Source: Candidatus Bathyarchaeota archaeon (GTDB lineage Archaea; Thermoproteota; Bathyarchaeia; Bathyarchaeales; Bathycorpusculaceae). From it: DNA of 64,000 nt. The notes beneath the pieces are model-generated. The model saw only the letters and a list, made by a program, of their open reading frames with translations, did not search any database and was not told where the DNA came from. The stretch is from positions 56,167 to 120,166 of the forward strand of contig CAVTZU010000023.1 in assembly GCA_963739305.1 (NCBI GenBank), read 5' to 3'. The translations under genes and the position numbers were made by a program. How positions within the stretch are numbered: position 1 is the first letter of the stretch; each line of letters begins with the position of its first letter. Positions 20,217-30,060 of the stretch are shown one piece after another.

Positions 20217-21287
20217 ATGCTTGAAGAGACAACAAGCCTGAAGGTCCCAAAGAAGCAGGGTCAGAAGACTCTGGAACTAGCGGGTCAGTTGAAACTAATC
20301 AACGAACAATTCAAAATAATGAAAAACCATGATTTTGTTTACGTTCCTGTAATCGAAAAGCCGTCAGACCACGACTCGAAAATCTTTAAGGATTCTGGAG
20401 TTAGCTTCGAGATTGTAGCGAGATCTTTCGAGAAAAGAAAGAAAGAGAAAAGATCCCTCGTCGAACAGCTTGAAGAGAAATTGCCTCCACGTTTACTAGC
20501 TAGCTTGCCAAGATCACTCGATTTAGTCGGGGACATCGCTATAATCGAAATACCACCAGAGCTTCGCGAACACAAAGAGGCCATCGGAAAAGCGATTCTA
20601 GGATCCAACAAGAACGTACACACCGTTCTGGCCAAGGCTGGACCTGTGAGCGGAACGTACCGAACAAGAGGATTCGACTTCGTAGCTGGAGAACGGAAGA
20701 CCGAGACCACGCACAGAGAACATGGATGCCAATACCTAGTAGACGTTGCAAAAACGTATTTCTCGCCGAGGCTTTCAAACGAACACAAAAGGGTAGCATC
20801 GATCGTCAAAGAAGGCGAGACAGTAGTAGACCTGTTTGCGGGCGTTGGTCCCTTTGCCATACTGATAGCCAAAAACCATTACAAGGTGCAAGTTTACGCA
20901 ATAGATGCAAATCCTGACGCGGTAGAATACTTGAGAACCAACGTCAGGCTGAACAGAGTGATCGATAAGGTCCACCCGATACTAGGAGATGCAAAAGAAG
21001 TAATCGACAATGAAATTTCAGGCATTGCCGACCGCGTTATCATGAACCTTCCCGAAAAGGCGATAGAATTCGTCGATACTGCTTGCCGCGCACTGAAGAC
21101 AACGGGCGGAATCATTCACTTCTACAGTTTTACCGACGCATCAATTCCCTTAGAAAGGGTGAAACTTCGTTTTGCCGCGGCGGTCAGAAGTTCCGAGAGA
21201 AGAGTAGAAAAGATTCTGGGCATGAGAATCGTACGCGAAACCGCTCCACACGAAACGCAAATCGTCTTGGACGCAAAGATCATCTAG
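20217..21287 (+). CDS. trm5: tRNA m1G37 methyltransferase Trm5 family
   Basis: DLVGDIAII, YFSPRLSNEH, VDLFAGVGPF, DANPDA, IMNLP. Confidence 0.88.
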   Translation: MLEETTSLKVPKKQGQKTLELAGQLKLINEQFKIMKNHDFVYVPVIEKPSDHDSKIFKDSGVSFEIVARSFEKRKKEKRSLVEQLEEKLPPRLLASLPRSLDLVGDIAIIEIPPELREHKEAIGKAILGSNKNVHTVLAKAGPVSGTYRTRGFDFVAGERKTETTHREHGCQYLVDVAKTYFSPRLSNEHKRVASIVKEGETVVDLFAGVGPFAILIAKNHYKVQVYAIDANPDAVEYLRTNVRLNRVIDKVHPILGDAKEVIDNEISGIADRVIMNLPEKAIEFVDTACRALKTTGGIIHFYSFTDASIPLERVKLRFAAAVRSSERRVEKILGMRIVRETAPHETQIVLDAKII

Positions 21288-21718
21288 GATTCCAAAACGA
21301 GCGTTACCTTAACTTCCTGCTCGGGATCTTGCATCTTCTTGACGAGTTCTCTAGATAAGCCATTTGCAGATTTATCGGCGTGAATGGCTAACGTGCGACT
21401 ACATATGAAACCGCTTTTCCTTACGACAATGTCCCTTGGATGGTTCAGCAATAGTCTAGAATTTCCGCGTGCCCTAATGGTTTCAGTGACTCCACCAACT
21501 TCGATCAAGATAGATATCTTCGCGTCGTCTTTTCGCAGTTTCTCTTTGAAGCTCTGATCTAGGTCCTGAACAGCTCTGTTTGCTCCCACCGCGATAATGC
21601 AATCACCTTTTCTTGAGAGATCTTTTTCCTTCGTGATCTCGATGGTCGTTTCATGCGTGGCAGTAACATTCGCATTCCCATGAGCAAGGATGAATTCCTT
21701 TGATTCCGAGGAATTCAA
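21284..21718 (-). CDS. DUF371-family protein
   Basis: AHGNANVTATHETTIEITKE, GDCIIAV, VVRKSGF...RTLAI.ADKSA. Confidence 0.88.
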   Translation of the reverse strand: MNSSESKEFILAHGNANVTATHETTIEITKEKDLSRKGDCIIAVGANRAVQDLDQSFKEKLRKDDAKISILIEVGGVTETIRARGNSRLLLNHPRDIVVRKSGFICSRTLAIHADKSANGLSRELVKKMQDPEQEVKVTLVLES

Positions 21719-22684
21719 CTATTCCAAGACCTCTATCGAGTCGACTTTTCCGTCGCCGTCGAGGTCAAAACCTTGTATGACTTTAGCGAAAGTTTCATCG
21801 CCCTTGTAGTTCCTCAATGTTTTTTGCCAGAAATTGGTCAATGCTAAGACGCATGCTTTCGTTCCCACCGCTTTGTTGCCCGCTAAGACTATAACCCGTT
21901 TGCTTTTGTCCCAGGGGTTCACGATTTTCGCGATCAACCCCACGTTGTCAGCCGTATACACCGCCGAAGTTCGCCTCGATACTAACCCTCCGAACAGAAA
22001 ACCCTCTGTGGAGGAGCGCATTTCAAACCTTATCGGCAGGTACTCATTAATGTCCTGCGTTAGCAGATTTGTACCAGGACCGCCGACAAGTATCAGATTG
22101 TTCTTTTCCTCCTTTTCAGCTTTGACGTCAACATCGAGCTTTATAGCGAATTCATCAGGCATCTTCACAAATTGCCCGAGGAAGAAAGTCAAGTGCGAAG
22201 CATAATGGCCATCCCTCGCGATTGTTTTGAAAGGCCCATGGGGTGCCGGACTACCCACAACAATTTTCCCCTCAAAAGTACTGTCGGCTCTGATGAACTC
22301 TTTAAAGAACATCTGCAAATGTTCCTCCATGGCCAGAAGGGAGAGCTTCTTGATCGGTTTGTACTCCTGAGGGAGTTCTATTCCGAAGGCAGAGGAAACT
22401 GCCCTAAAGTATCTGGCCGTTGCACCTTTCTTTTCCTCCTCTCTAACAACGGAGATTGCACCGGCTTTTTCCAGTTTTCTAATGTGATAGTACACTTTTT
22501 GCTCATGAAGCTTGAGGGCTTTGGCTATTTCCAGCGGATACATTTCCCTTTCTGAAAGCATCAGCAGAATCTTCCAGCTAAGCCTATTCAGGATCATCTT
22601 CAGTTTTTCAGGATCATCAATCATCATGATTTCCTTGACTTTCTGCGTCTGGCCGTCCTCTTTGAGGAGAAATTTCCTGTCCAA
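21719..22684 (-). CDS. ArsR-like HTH protein fused to an S-layer-like C-terminal domain
   Basis: EIAKAL..HEQKVYYHIRKLEKAG HTH; NLILVGGPGTN motif; terminal DLDGDGKVD. Confidence 0.75.
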   Translation of the reverse strand: MDRKFLLKEDGQTQKVKEIMMIDDPEKLKMILNRLSWKILLMLSEREMYPLEIAKALKLHEQKVYYHIRKLEKAGAISVVREEEKKGATARYFRAVSSAFGIELPQEYKPIKKLSLLAMEEHLQMFFKEFIRADSTFEGKIVVGSPAPHGPFKTIARDGHYASHLTFFLGQFVKMPDEFAIKLDVDVKAEKEEKNNLILVGGPGTNLLTQDINEYLPIRFEMRSSTEGFLFGGLVSRRTSAVYTADNVGLIAKIVNPWDKSKRVIVLAGNKAVGTKACVLALTNFWQKTLRNYKGDETFAKVIQGFDLDGDGKVDSIEVLE

Positions 22685-22893
22685 AGTGCTTCCCTACATT
22701 AGTGAAAAAAGCACCTCTATAAGATTTTTGTTACTACTCACTCCGAAAACCATGAAGCTGCACGATAAGTCGATGCTGTCAGAAGGAAAAGATATCAAAG
22801 ATTTGTTTTAAAACCCAGAATTATGTATTAACAATGCTTATTAGCACAGAAACGGTTCGAAAAAGGCTTACGGTAGACAAGCGAGGTTTGGAA

Positions 22894-24723
22894 ATGTGCG
22901 GAATATTCGGGTGCATTCTCAAAGAGGGAAAAGCTGCACCAGTCATACATGCCGCGTTGAAAAGACTTGAGTATCGTGGCTACGACTCGGTTGGAGAAGC
23001 TACGATAAGCGAAGGCAGAATTTGGATTAAGAAGGATCAAGGAAAAATCGACGAAGTTCACAGAATGCGCAACCTAGATGACTTGCCAGGGAGCCTCGGC
23101 ATCGGCCACACAAGGTGGGCTACTCATGGAGCGCCCCTTGAAGTAAACGCGCACCCACACGTTGACTGCAGAGGCGAGTTCGTGGTTGTTCATAACGGTA
23201 TAATAGAAAATTTTGATGAGTTGCGAACTGACCTTGAAAACCGCGGTCACGTTTTCAAGTCCAAAACCGACACAGAGGTCATTCCCCATCTCATAGAAGA
23301 GATCATGAAAAACGATCCTTCTCTGAGTCTTGCAAATGCGGTTCTCGAAGCCGTGAAGAAACTTCAGGGATCCTATTCAATCGCGACGATCTCTTCAAAA
23401 GAACCTGACAAGATAGTGTGCGCGCGAAACGAAAGCCCACTTGTAGTGGGAGTAAATGGCGAAGACATTTTCTTTGCATCCGACATTCCGGCTTTCTTGC
23501 CATTGACCAACAAGGCAGTCATCGTTGATGACGGCGAGCTCGTTATCCTCTCATTAGGAAAAGTCGAAATCAGGAAAATTGCAGACGGACGCCCGGTCAC
23601 GCGCGATCCCCAGATCATTGAGTGGTCCCCTGAAATGGCAGTCAAACAAGGTTATCCACACTTCATGATCAAGGAGATTCACGAACAACCTCAATGCTTA
23701 CGAAACACTCTAAGAGTGCAGGAACACTACGCAGACTTGATGGCAACTTTTCTCGACCGTGCCCGCGACTCCTACCTAGTTGCATGCGGAACGTCCTACC
23801 ATGCGTGCCTAGCAGCATCTTACATGTTTTCCAAGCTCGCGTTTCTTCCAACGTTTCCAATCATTGCTTCCGAATTCATTGAACAATGCGGCAAATCGGT
23901 CAACATCGATAGCACAATATTGGCAGTGAGCCAATCCGGCGAAACAGCCGACACCCTTGCATCTGTAAACGTTGCCCGGCAGAGAGCGGCAACTATTCTC
24001 GGGTTGACCAACGCAATCGGGTCAACTCTGACGAGGATCTCAAGGGTCTACATTGGACAGCAATCGGGCCCTGAAATAGGCGTTGCGGCAACGAAAACTT
24101 TCACTTCTCAACTTTCAGTAATGGCTCAGTTGGCTTTGCGTCTAGCAAAGAAAAGAGGAAAGGTTTCGCAGGATGAAATGGATTACTTGGCAGAAAAACT
24201 GATGAAACTTCCTGACATCGTTGAAGAAATAATTCAAAAACAAGAGGAGAAAACGAAGCAGATCGCAAAGAAGTACAAAGACGCAAAGACCTTCTTCTTC
24301 TTGGGACGTGGAATCAGCACTGCCACAGCCTACGAGGGCAGACTCAAACTAATGGAGATAGCTTATGTTCCTGCGATTGCTTTTCCAGCTGGCGAAAGCA
24401 AACACGGTCCAATAAGTCTCATAGAACCAGGTTTCCCAGTCGTGTTCATTTGCGCAAAAGACGAGACGTACAGGACATTAATCGGCAACATCATGGAAAT
24501 GAAGGCAAGAGGCGCCTCAATAATCGCTGTGCTGGAAGAAGACGATGAAGAAGTCAAGAAACTGGCGGATGACTATATCGAAGTCCCGAAAGGCATCCCT
24601 GAAGTGTTGTCGCCAATACCCTTCGTCGTGCCGTTGCAGCTGCTGGCCTACTACATGGCCATTGAGAGGGGCTGCAACCCAGACACGCCACGCAACCTAG
24701 CCAAATCAGTTACCGTAAAATAG
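22894..24723 (+). CDS. glmS: Glutamine--fructose-6-phosphate transaminase
   Basis: MCGIFG N-terminal nucleophile, EYRGYDS, GHTRWATHG, SQSGETADT, ESKHGP, PRNLAKSVTV. Confidence 0.97.
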   Translation: MCGIFGCILKEGKAAPVIHAALKRLEYRGYDSVGEATISEGRIWIKKDQGKIDEVHRMRNLDDLPGSLGIGHTRWATHGAPLEVNAHPHVDCRGEFVVVHNGIIENFDELRTDLENRGHVFKSKTDTEVIPHLIEEIMKNDPSLSLANAVLEAVKKLQGSYSIATISSKEPDKIVCARNESPLVVGVNGEDIFFASDIPAFLPLTNKAVIVDDGELVILSLGKVEIRKIADGRPVTRDPQIIEWSPEMAVKQGYPHFMIKEIHEQPQCLRNTLRVQEHYADLMATFLDRARDSYLVACGTSYHACLAASYMFSKLAFLPTFPIIASEFIEQCGKSVNIDSTILAVSQSGETADTLASVNVARQRAATILGLTNAIGSTLTRISRVYIGQQSGPEIGVAATKTFTSQLSVMAQLALRLAKKRGKVSQDEMDYLAEKLMKLPDIVEEIIQKQEEKTKQIAKKYKDAKTFFFLGRGISTATAYEGRLKLMEIAYVPAIAFPAGESKHGPISLIEPGFPVVFICAKDETYRTLIGNIMEMKARGASIIAVLEEDDEEVKKLADDYIEVPKGIPEVLSPIPFVVPLQLLAYYMAIERGCNPDTPRNLAKSVTVK

Positions 24724-24746
24724 AAGACAGATAAGAAGCGAGTCTC

Positions 24747-25007
24747 TCAAGGGCGATGACTGCGTACAATTCCACTTTTCAATCTGTTAGTGATTCCAGC
24801 CTTTAACTCCTCAAAGCAAGAGCTCAAGCGTTCAGCGTCATCTTTTGACATTCCAGCCAGAATCAGTTGCTTCTCAAAGGCTCTCCTGGTCTTTCGCACT
24901 CGACCTTCCAAGGTCAAATACATATAGAGAAGATCGAACGACATCCGAGCTATGTATGGAGATTCCTTGATCACTGCTGTCAACGAAGCTGCCTTCATCT
25001 GAATCAT
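24747..25007 (-). CDS. Hypothetical protein
   Basis: Last gene of a four-gene minus-strand operon; start moved to ATG 25007 to avoid overlap with the upstream gene. Confidence 0.6.
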   Translation of the reverse strand: MIQMKAASLTAVIKESPYIARMSFDLLYMYLTLEGRVRKTRRAFEKQLILAGMSKDDAERLSSCFEELKAGITNRLKSGIVRSHRP

Positions 25008-25032
25008 CTTCTCGTAGAAGAAAAGGGAGGGA

Positions 25033-25419
25033 TTAATCTTCCTCCTCTTCATCTTCCTCTCTGGATCGTTCACTCATTTTCTCCCGGATCTTCCTTTCAA
25101 CTTGCTTACCGATATCTTCTCGTCTGCCACCGCTTCTCAGCATATCGCCTATACTTGTGAAAGTTCGCATGTAGTCCTCTGTCAACTTGACAGCGACCTC
25201 TTCGGGTAACCCGCCTGCCTTCATTTCTTTGTAGTATGCCGCTGCGGCTTTGCCCATATTTCTTCCTGCTTCTTCGGAGAAAACTGACCCAAGTACGTTT
25301 TTGATCAAGGATGGAACTTCGGAAGAAACGACGTTCAATATCTCTTTGATGTTCTCCGGGCTTTGCTCTTCATGTCTTTTTTCATGTTTCCGTTCACGCT
25401 CATTCTCATCGTCAGACAT
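25033..25419 (-). CDS. Conserved hypothetical helical protein
   Basis: GGAGGTGA ribosome-binding site; ILNVVSSEVPSLI...GRNMGKAAAAYYKEM..GGLPEE.A..LT. Confidence 0.8.
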   Translation of the reverse strand: MSDDENERERKHEKRHEEQSPENIKEILNVVSSEVPSLIKNVLGSVFSEEAGRNMGKAAAAYYKEMKAGGLPEEVAVKLTEDYMRTFTSIGDMLRSGGRREDIGKQVERKIREKMSERSREEDEEEED

Positions 25420-25440
25420 TTTTCTTCACCTCCTGTATTT

Positions 25441-25629
25441 TCATGAACTGTTCAATGCTAACCTTGCATACGCCCATGCCAATTCTGGAAGAACCTGATC
25501 CCTAGCGATCTCTTCGACCGAGCGGAAAGGGACTTGCGCAACCTTGACTGATGATTTTGAGACGAGTTCCGTTATGTGAACCGTCGAACTGCTTTTGTTT
25601 GATGCAGTTTTGATGTGTCCATATTTCAT
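25441..25629 (-). CDS. Small hypothetical protein (62 aa)
   Basis: GAGGTGG ribosome-binding site before ATG; tightly packed in the operon. Confidence 0.6.
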   Translation of the reverse strand: MKYGHIKTASNKSSSTVHITELVSKSSVKVAQVPFRSVEEIARDQVLPELAWAYARLALNSS

Positions 25630-25696
25630 TTTTTTCCACCTCAGGCATCTATGGACTGGTCACTAAAGTTAGGTGTTCTGCGCAGAAGTGACCACC

Positions 25697-26143
25697 TTAG
25701 TGATCACTCTGCTCAACCAATTCATACGTAGCAACACGTCCCGCCATTTTCAATAGAATGCCCGCATCCACGAGTTTTTTGACCCTTTCACGAATTATGC
25801 GCCTGCTGGCCTTTCCTCTCATCGCAGCAACCTGTCTTGTTATTGCAGAAATGTTCAGCTTTCCTTTCACTGCAAGGGCTTGCACTATGCACCTGGAAAT
25901 ATCGTCTTGGGCGATTGGTTTCTGTCGCAAGTATTTTTCCGCGTTTTTCAACCGAGAAACAATCTTCAGCGGCTCACCGTACATACCTATGCCTATTTTT
26001 GTCAAGCGCAACGAAGTTGCCAACCCCTCAAACTCAGGCTTGTCAAGAATCAGTTTCTCCAGAAAGTCGAGTCGGCTAATTATCTGATCCAGCTTCTTGC
26101 TCAGCTCTTCAGAACCGGAGCCAGCTTTTCCCTTGTCGCTCAA
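25697..26143 (-). CDS. Winged-helix DNA-binding protein
   Basis: IVQAL...LNISAITRQV..RGKASRRIIRERVKKL.DAG. Confidence 0.75.
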   Translation of the reverse strand: MSDKGKAGSGSEELSKKLDQIISRLDFLEKLILDKPEFEGLATSLRLTKIGIGMYGEPLKIVSRLKNAEKYLRQKPIAQDDISRCIVQALAVKGKLNISAITRQVAAMRGKASRRIIRERVKKLVDAGILLKMAGRVATYELVEQSDH

Positions 26144-26254
26144 AACGCTACAGCTCGAGACTTAATTCTTAGAGAGGTTTGTTATTTAACATCTTATTCC
26201 AAAATTCAAATATGTTAATAGCCAACTCAATTACTCTTTACTACGGTGCGTTGA

Positions 26255-26932
26255 GTGGAAGGAAACGAATGGGAAAAACTCATTCAGAACTTGATTAAGG
26301 AAAGAGTTCTCCACTCCCCAAGGGTCATTGAAGCAATGCGTAGGGTGCCGCGTGAAAAATTTCTCCCAGAGAACATGCGAACGTACAGCGCTGTGGACAC
26401 TCCGCTTCCGATAGGTTTTGGGCAAACGGCTTCGGCGCCTCACATGGTTTCAATAATGAATGAAGCATTGCAGCTAGAAATCGGCAACAAGGTCTTGGAG
26501 GTCGGAGCAGGTTCAGGATGGCACGCTGCCACGATTGCCGAGTTGATCGCACCCCAAACGGCACCTCGAAGTGAGTGGGGACACGTCTACACAGTGGAGA
26601 TCGTCCAAAATCTAGCCGAATTTGCCCGCAAAAACATCATGAACGGTGGATATGGGGACCGAGTCACCATCATTTACTCTGATGGATCGATAGGATATCC
26701 TGAAAAGGCTCCCTACGACAGGATTCTCGTCACAGCTGGAGCGCCCGACGTTCCTAAACCATTAGTTGATCAACTAAAAACTGCGGGGATAATGCTTATT
26801 CCTGTTGGTAGTCTGTCTCTGTTTCAAAGTCTGTTCAAGATCACGAAAACGGCTGATGGAAAGACAAAAGAAGAGAATTTGGGGGGAGTGGCGTTCGTGC
26901 CACTAACCGGTGAATATGGGCATAAAATGTGA
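26255..26932 (+). CDS. pcm: Protein-L-isoaspartate O-methyltransferase
   Basis: VPREKF, PLPIGFGQT.SAPHMV, VLEVGAGSGW, APYDRILVTA, FVPL. Confidence 0.95.
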   Translation: MEGNEWEKLIQNLIKERVLHSPRVIEAMRRVPREKFLPENMRTYSAVDTPLPIGFGQTASAPHMVSIMNEALQLEIGNKVLEVGAGSGWHAATIAELIAPQTAPRSEWGHVYTVEIVQNLAEFARKNIMNGGYGDRVTIIYSDGSIGYPEKAPYDRILVTAGAPDVPKPLVDQLKTAGIMLIPVGSLSLFQSLFKITKTADGKTKEENLGGVAFVPLTGEYGHKM

Positions 26933-26940
26933 CTGTTTTG

Positions 26941-28251
26941 CTATTGAATGATGAGCTTTTCTCGGTACGCCTCTAGATCCAACCACCCATGTCCGCTGAT
27001 GTTCATGCATATTGCTTTTTCTTTGCCTGCTTTTTCAGCCTTAAGTGCCTCATCGACGCCAGCGCGGATTGCATAGCTTGATTCTGGCGCGGGCAACCAT
27101 CCCTCAGTCTGAAGGAAAAGTCTCGCAGCCTCGAAAATTGATTTCTCATTCGACGGGTACGCGATTGCTCGTATCATATTGTGTTTCCTTAGCAGGCTGA
27201 TAATGGGACCAGCCGCGTGGTATCGCAGGCCGTCTGCCTTGATTGGAGACATTACGGTCTTGTGGCCCAGAGTGAACATTTTCAAGAGCGGAGTGTGCTC
27301 AGCAACGTCGCCGAAATCGTACTTATACTCTCCTTTCACGAGGTTAGGTGCCGCCATTGATTGTGCCGCCAAAAACTCGCATTGTCGCTTGCCTTTCAAA
27401 ACTTCGCCGATAAACGGAAGTGCGATTCCACCAAAGTTAGAGCCGCCTCCCAAGCAGCCAACGATCAAGTCTGGTTTCTCTTCGACCATCTTGAACTGTT
27501 CAATCGTTTCCAGTCCTATGACTGACTGTTGTATCATGACGTGGTTGAGGACTGAGCCCAGACCATACACGGTGTTCTTGTGGGTTTCGGCGTACTCTAA
27601 TCCTTCAGATATTGATATTCCAAGCGAACCAGGACTCTTGGGAGTTTTTGCAAGAACCTTTTTACCGAAATCTGTCTGTTTGCTCGGAGAAGAATAGACC
27701 TTGGCACCCAGCAATTGCATTAGAGTCTTGCGATCGCTCTTCCAGTCGTAGACGGATTTCACCCAGAAGACCACGCATTCAAGGTCGAGGAGTCGAGCGG
27801 CATAAGCGAGCGCTGTACCCCACTGTCCGGCTCCGGTCTCCGTACTCATTGTTGTTTTCCCTTCTTTCCTCGCATAGTAAGCCTGTGCGATAGCCGTGTT
27901 CGTCTTGTGCGAGCCAGTGGGAGAAAGATCCTCACGCTTGTAGTAGAGCTTAACCCTCTTCAGCTTGAGACGGTTTTCCAAGCGTTTGGCTCTATAAAGT
28001 GGTCTGGGTCTGCCCATGTGTATGTAGAGTTCGCGAATCTCTTCCGGTATAGGAATCCATCTCTGGGTTGACATCTCCTGACCTAGACATTCTTTGATCA
28101 TGGTTTTGCCGAGGAAATCCATCCTTGAAGGACCTGATCCAGGTTCTTTCGGTGGTGGAAGTGGTTCTGGGAGATCAGGCATGATGTTGTACCATTTGGT
28201 TGGAAGCTCATCTAATGGGAGAGCTATCTGATCCTTTTCCATGTTTGTCAC
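26941..28251 (-). CDS. trpB2: TrpB2-type PLP enzyme (tryptophan synthase beta-like)
   Basis: WYNIMPDLP, SPTGSHKTN, ETGAGQWG, GGGSNFGG, GLRYH, SGHG. Confidence 0.92.
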   Translation of the reverse strand: MTNMEKDQIALPLDELPTKWYNIMPDLPEPLPPPKEPGSGPSRMDFLGKTMIKECLGQEMSTQRWIPIPEEIRELYIHMGRPRPLYRAKRLENRLKLKRVKLYYKREDLSPTGSHKTNTAIAQAYYARKEGKTTMSTETGAGQWGTALAYAARLLDLECVVFWVKSVYDWKSDRKTLMQLLGAKVYSSPSKQTDFGKKVLAKTPKSPGSLGISISEGLEYAETHKNTVYGLGSVLNHVMIQQSVIGLETIEQFKMVEEKPDLIVGCLGGGSNFGGIALPFIGEVLKGKRQCEFLAAQSMAAPNLVKGEYKYDFGDVAEHTPLLKMFTLGHKTVMSPIKADGLRYHAAGPIISLLRKHNMIRAIAYPSNEKSIFEAARLFLQTEGWLPAPESSYAIRAGVDEALKAEKAGKEKAICMNISGHGWLDLEAYREKLIIQ

Positions 28252-28327
28252 CGTTTCGAAGAGGCTATAGTATTATCGCTTCGAAATTAAAGACTATCGC
28301 AAGGGACTGGTCTTGAAGATCTGCGGA

Positions 28328-29362
28328 TTATCCGAACCATTTTTCCAGAGTTGTCTTTCCCTTTTCGTGAGCAATTCCCTTGTTCATCTTCTCAAGCGCC
28401 TTGCGAACACGGTCTTCCGAAAAGTCTCGTCCCCTGCACATGAAATCGACCACACCATCAACGTCGGGATCCTTCCACCGGAGTGCGTAATTGTCAGTCA
28501 CTGAGGGATGAAGAAATATCTCTCTGATTCTCTGTGGTTCGACTGGAAACTCTGCGTTCTTGATGTGCGGAATCGCTTTCTCAAGGTTTCCATGCTCTTT
28601 TATCATTTTTAAGGCTGTTTTCGGACCTAACCCCCTTATTCCATCCGGATTGAAGTCTGTTCCAATTAGTATGCCCACGTCAACAAGCTGCTCATATGTT
28701 ACTTCGCAGACTTTCAAAACTTGCTCCAAATCCACAACTTCCGGTATAACCTCAACATAGATGTTTTTACTAGGCAATTTTCTCCTGCCCGAGATCGTGA
28801 TGTTTCTGATGAATCTTGGAGCGCCGAAAAGCAGGCTGTCATAGTCTTGGCTTGCGCAGTAATCTGCCTCGCCCTTCTTCGTCATGTGCGCGGCTTGTGC
28901 TTCACCTTCACTGGGCGCCTGAACCCAAGGAATTCCAATCAAATCCAAGAGCGTCTTGCTGTCCTCGGCCATGTAATCCTTCAAGTGTGAAGTCGCTTGG
29001 GCATAAACGCGTGCTTCTTCAACTTTGCCTTCTTTCAGAGCACGCTCATACAAAACTAGAGCTTCTTCCTTAACCCTCTTTCTTCGCTTAATCTCAACCT
29101 CCTTAAGCGCAGGCGGAGCACCATCAAAGACGTAGATCGGCCGCATGCCCATCTCGACTAGGTTACTTGTCCTGTAAAGAAGACCGCTCAAGTGACTTGT
29201 CACTCTCCCAGAACTGTCCTTTAACGGAGTACCGTCGGGCTGACGAATAATAGCCAAGAACTGATACAATGCGTTGTAAGCATCTATAGCAATCGCTTTT
29301 CCACCAAGGTCTTCAAGCTTGACGATCGTCTTGGGCACAAGGTCGCGAAGATCGACACCCAA
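28328..29362 (-). CDS. fen1: Flap endonuclease 1
   Basis: GVDL, IDAYNALYQFL, TSHLSGL, APSEGEAQAA, SQDYD, GTDFN, C-terminal PIP-like TLEKWF; TTG start at 29362. Confidence 0.96.
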   Translation of the reverse strand: MGVDLRDLVPKTIVKLEDLGGKAIAIDAYNALYQFLAIIRQPDGTPLKDSSGRVTSHLSGLLYRTSNLVEMGMRPIYVFDGAPPALKEVEIKRRKRVKEEALVLYERALKEGKVEEARVYAQATSHLKDYMAEDSKTLLDLIGIPWVQAPSEGEAQAAHMTKKGEADYCASQDYDSLLFGAPRFIRNITISGRRKLPSKNIYVEVIPEVVDLEQVLKVCEVTYEQLVDVGILIGTDFNPDGIRGLGPKTALKMIKEHGNLEKAIPHIKNAEFPVEPQRIREIFLHPSVTDNYALRWKDPDVDGVVDFMCRGRDFSEDRVRKALEKMNKGIAHEKGKTTLEKWFG

Positions 29363-29472
29363 AAAAACAACCTCTTTTTCAATATTGGCAGACAACCGAG
29401 ATAATAAAGTTGCGAAAACCAGAACATACAAGATATAAGCAAGCCTAGCAATTACACAACCACTCGCTGAGG

Positions 29473-29670
29473 ATGACCATCATGACTGAGAAAACAATGA
29501 CGTTGACGATGACAACGTGCACTAGCTGTGGCAAACCGATACCACCGGGAGCAGATGCGACCAAATTTCTCTGCCCCAGCTGTGGGGAGATTCAAATAAA
29601 ACGATGCAACAAGTGTAGAAAATTTGGGCGTCCTTACAAGTGTCCAAAGTGTGGGTTCATAGGTCCATAG
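29473..29670 (+). CDS. Small zinc-finger protein (DUF1610/HVO_2753-like)
   Basis: [29 protein letters not shown]; typical position before EF-1beta. Confidence 0.9.
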   Translation: MTIMTEKTMTLTMTTCTSCGKPIPPGADATKFLCPSCGEIQIKRCNKCRKFGRPYKCPKCGFIGP

Positions 29671-29691
29671 AATAATCGGGAGAAAAGGAAT

Positions 29692-29967
29692 ATGGGGTTT
29701 GTAGTCGTAACTTACAAGGTTTTTCCAAACGACATCATCTCGGATTTCGGTCCTTTGAGAAAGAAAATTGAAAGCAACCTCCCTGAATTTGTAGCGATCC
29801 ACGGTTATGGCGAGGAGCTCGTAGCTTACGGGTTGAAAGCGCTTCTTGTTCAGGTCAAATTTCCCGAAGACAAAACAGGCATAGTTGACGAATTCGAGAA
29901 GAAGATCGAGACGATCGAAGGCATAAGCCAAGTTCAGACTCTGATGGTGCGAAGAACGAGCCGGTGA
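29692..29967 (+). CDS. ef1b: Translation elongation factor aEF-1beta
   Basis: KVFP, EELVAYGLKAL, IEGISQV. Confidence 0.88.
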   Translation: MGFVVVTYKVFPNDIISDFGPLRKKIESNLPEFVAIHGYGEELVAYGLKALLVQVKFPEDKTGIVDEFEKKIETIEGISQVQTLMVRRTSR

Positions 29968-30060
29968 CTCCTGGCCGTTCCTTAAAACAGTTATGCTCAA
30001 GACATTTATATTGGAAAACTCTTCTGTTCTGAGACGTACCGATTGTGGGATGGATTCTAG

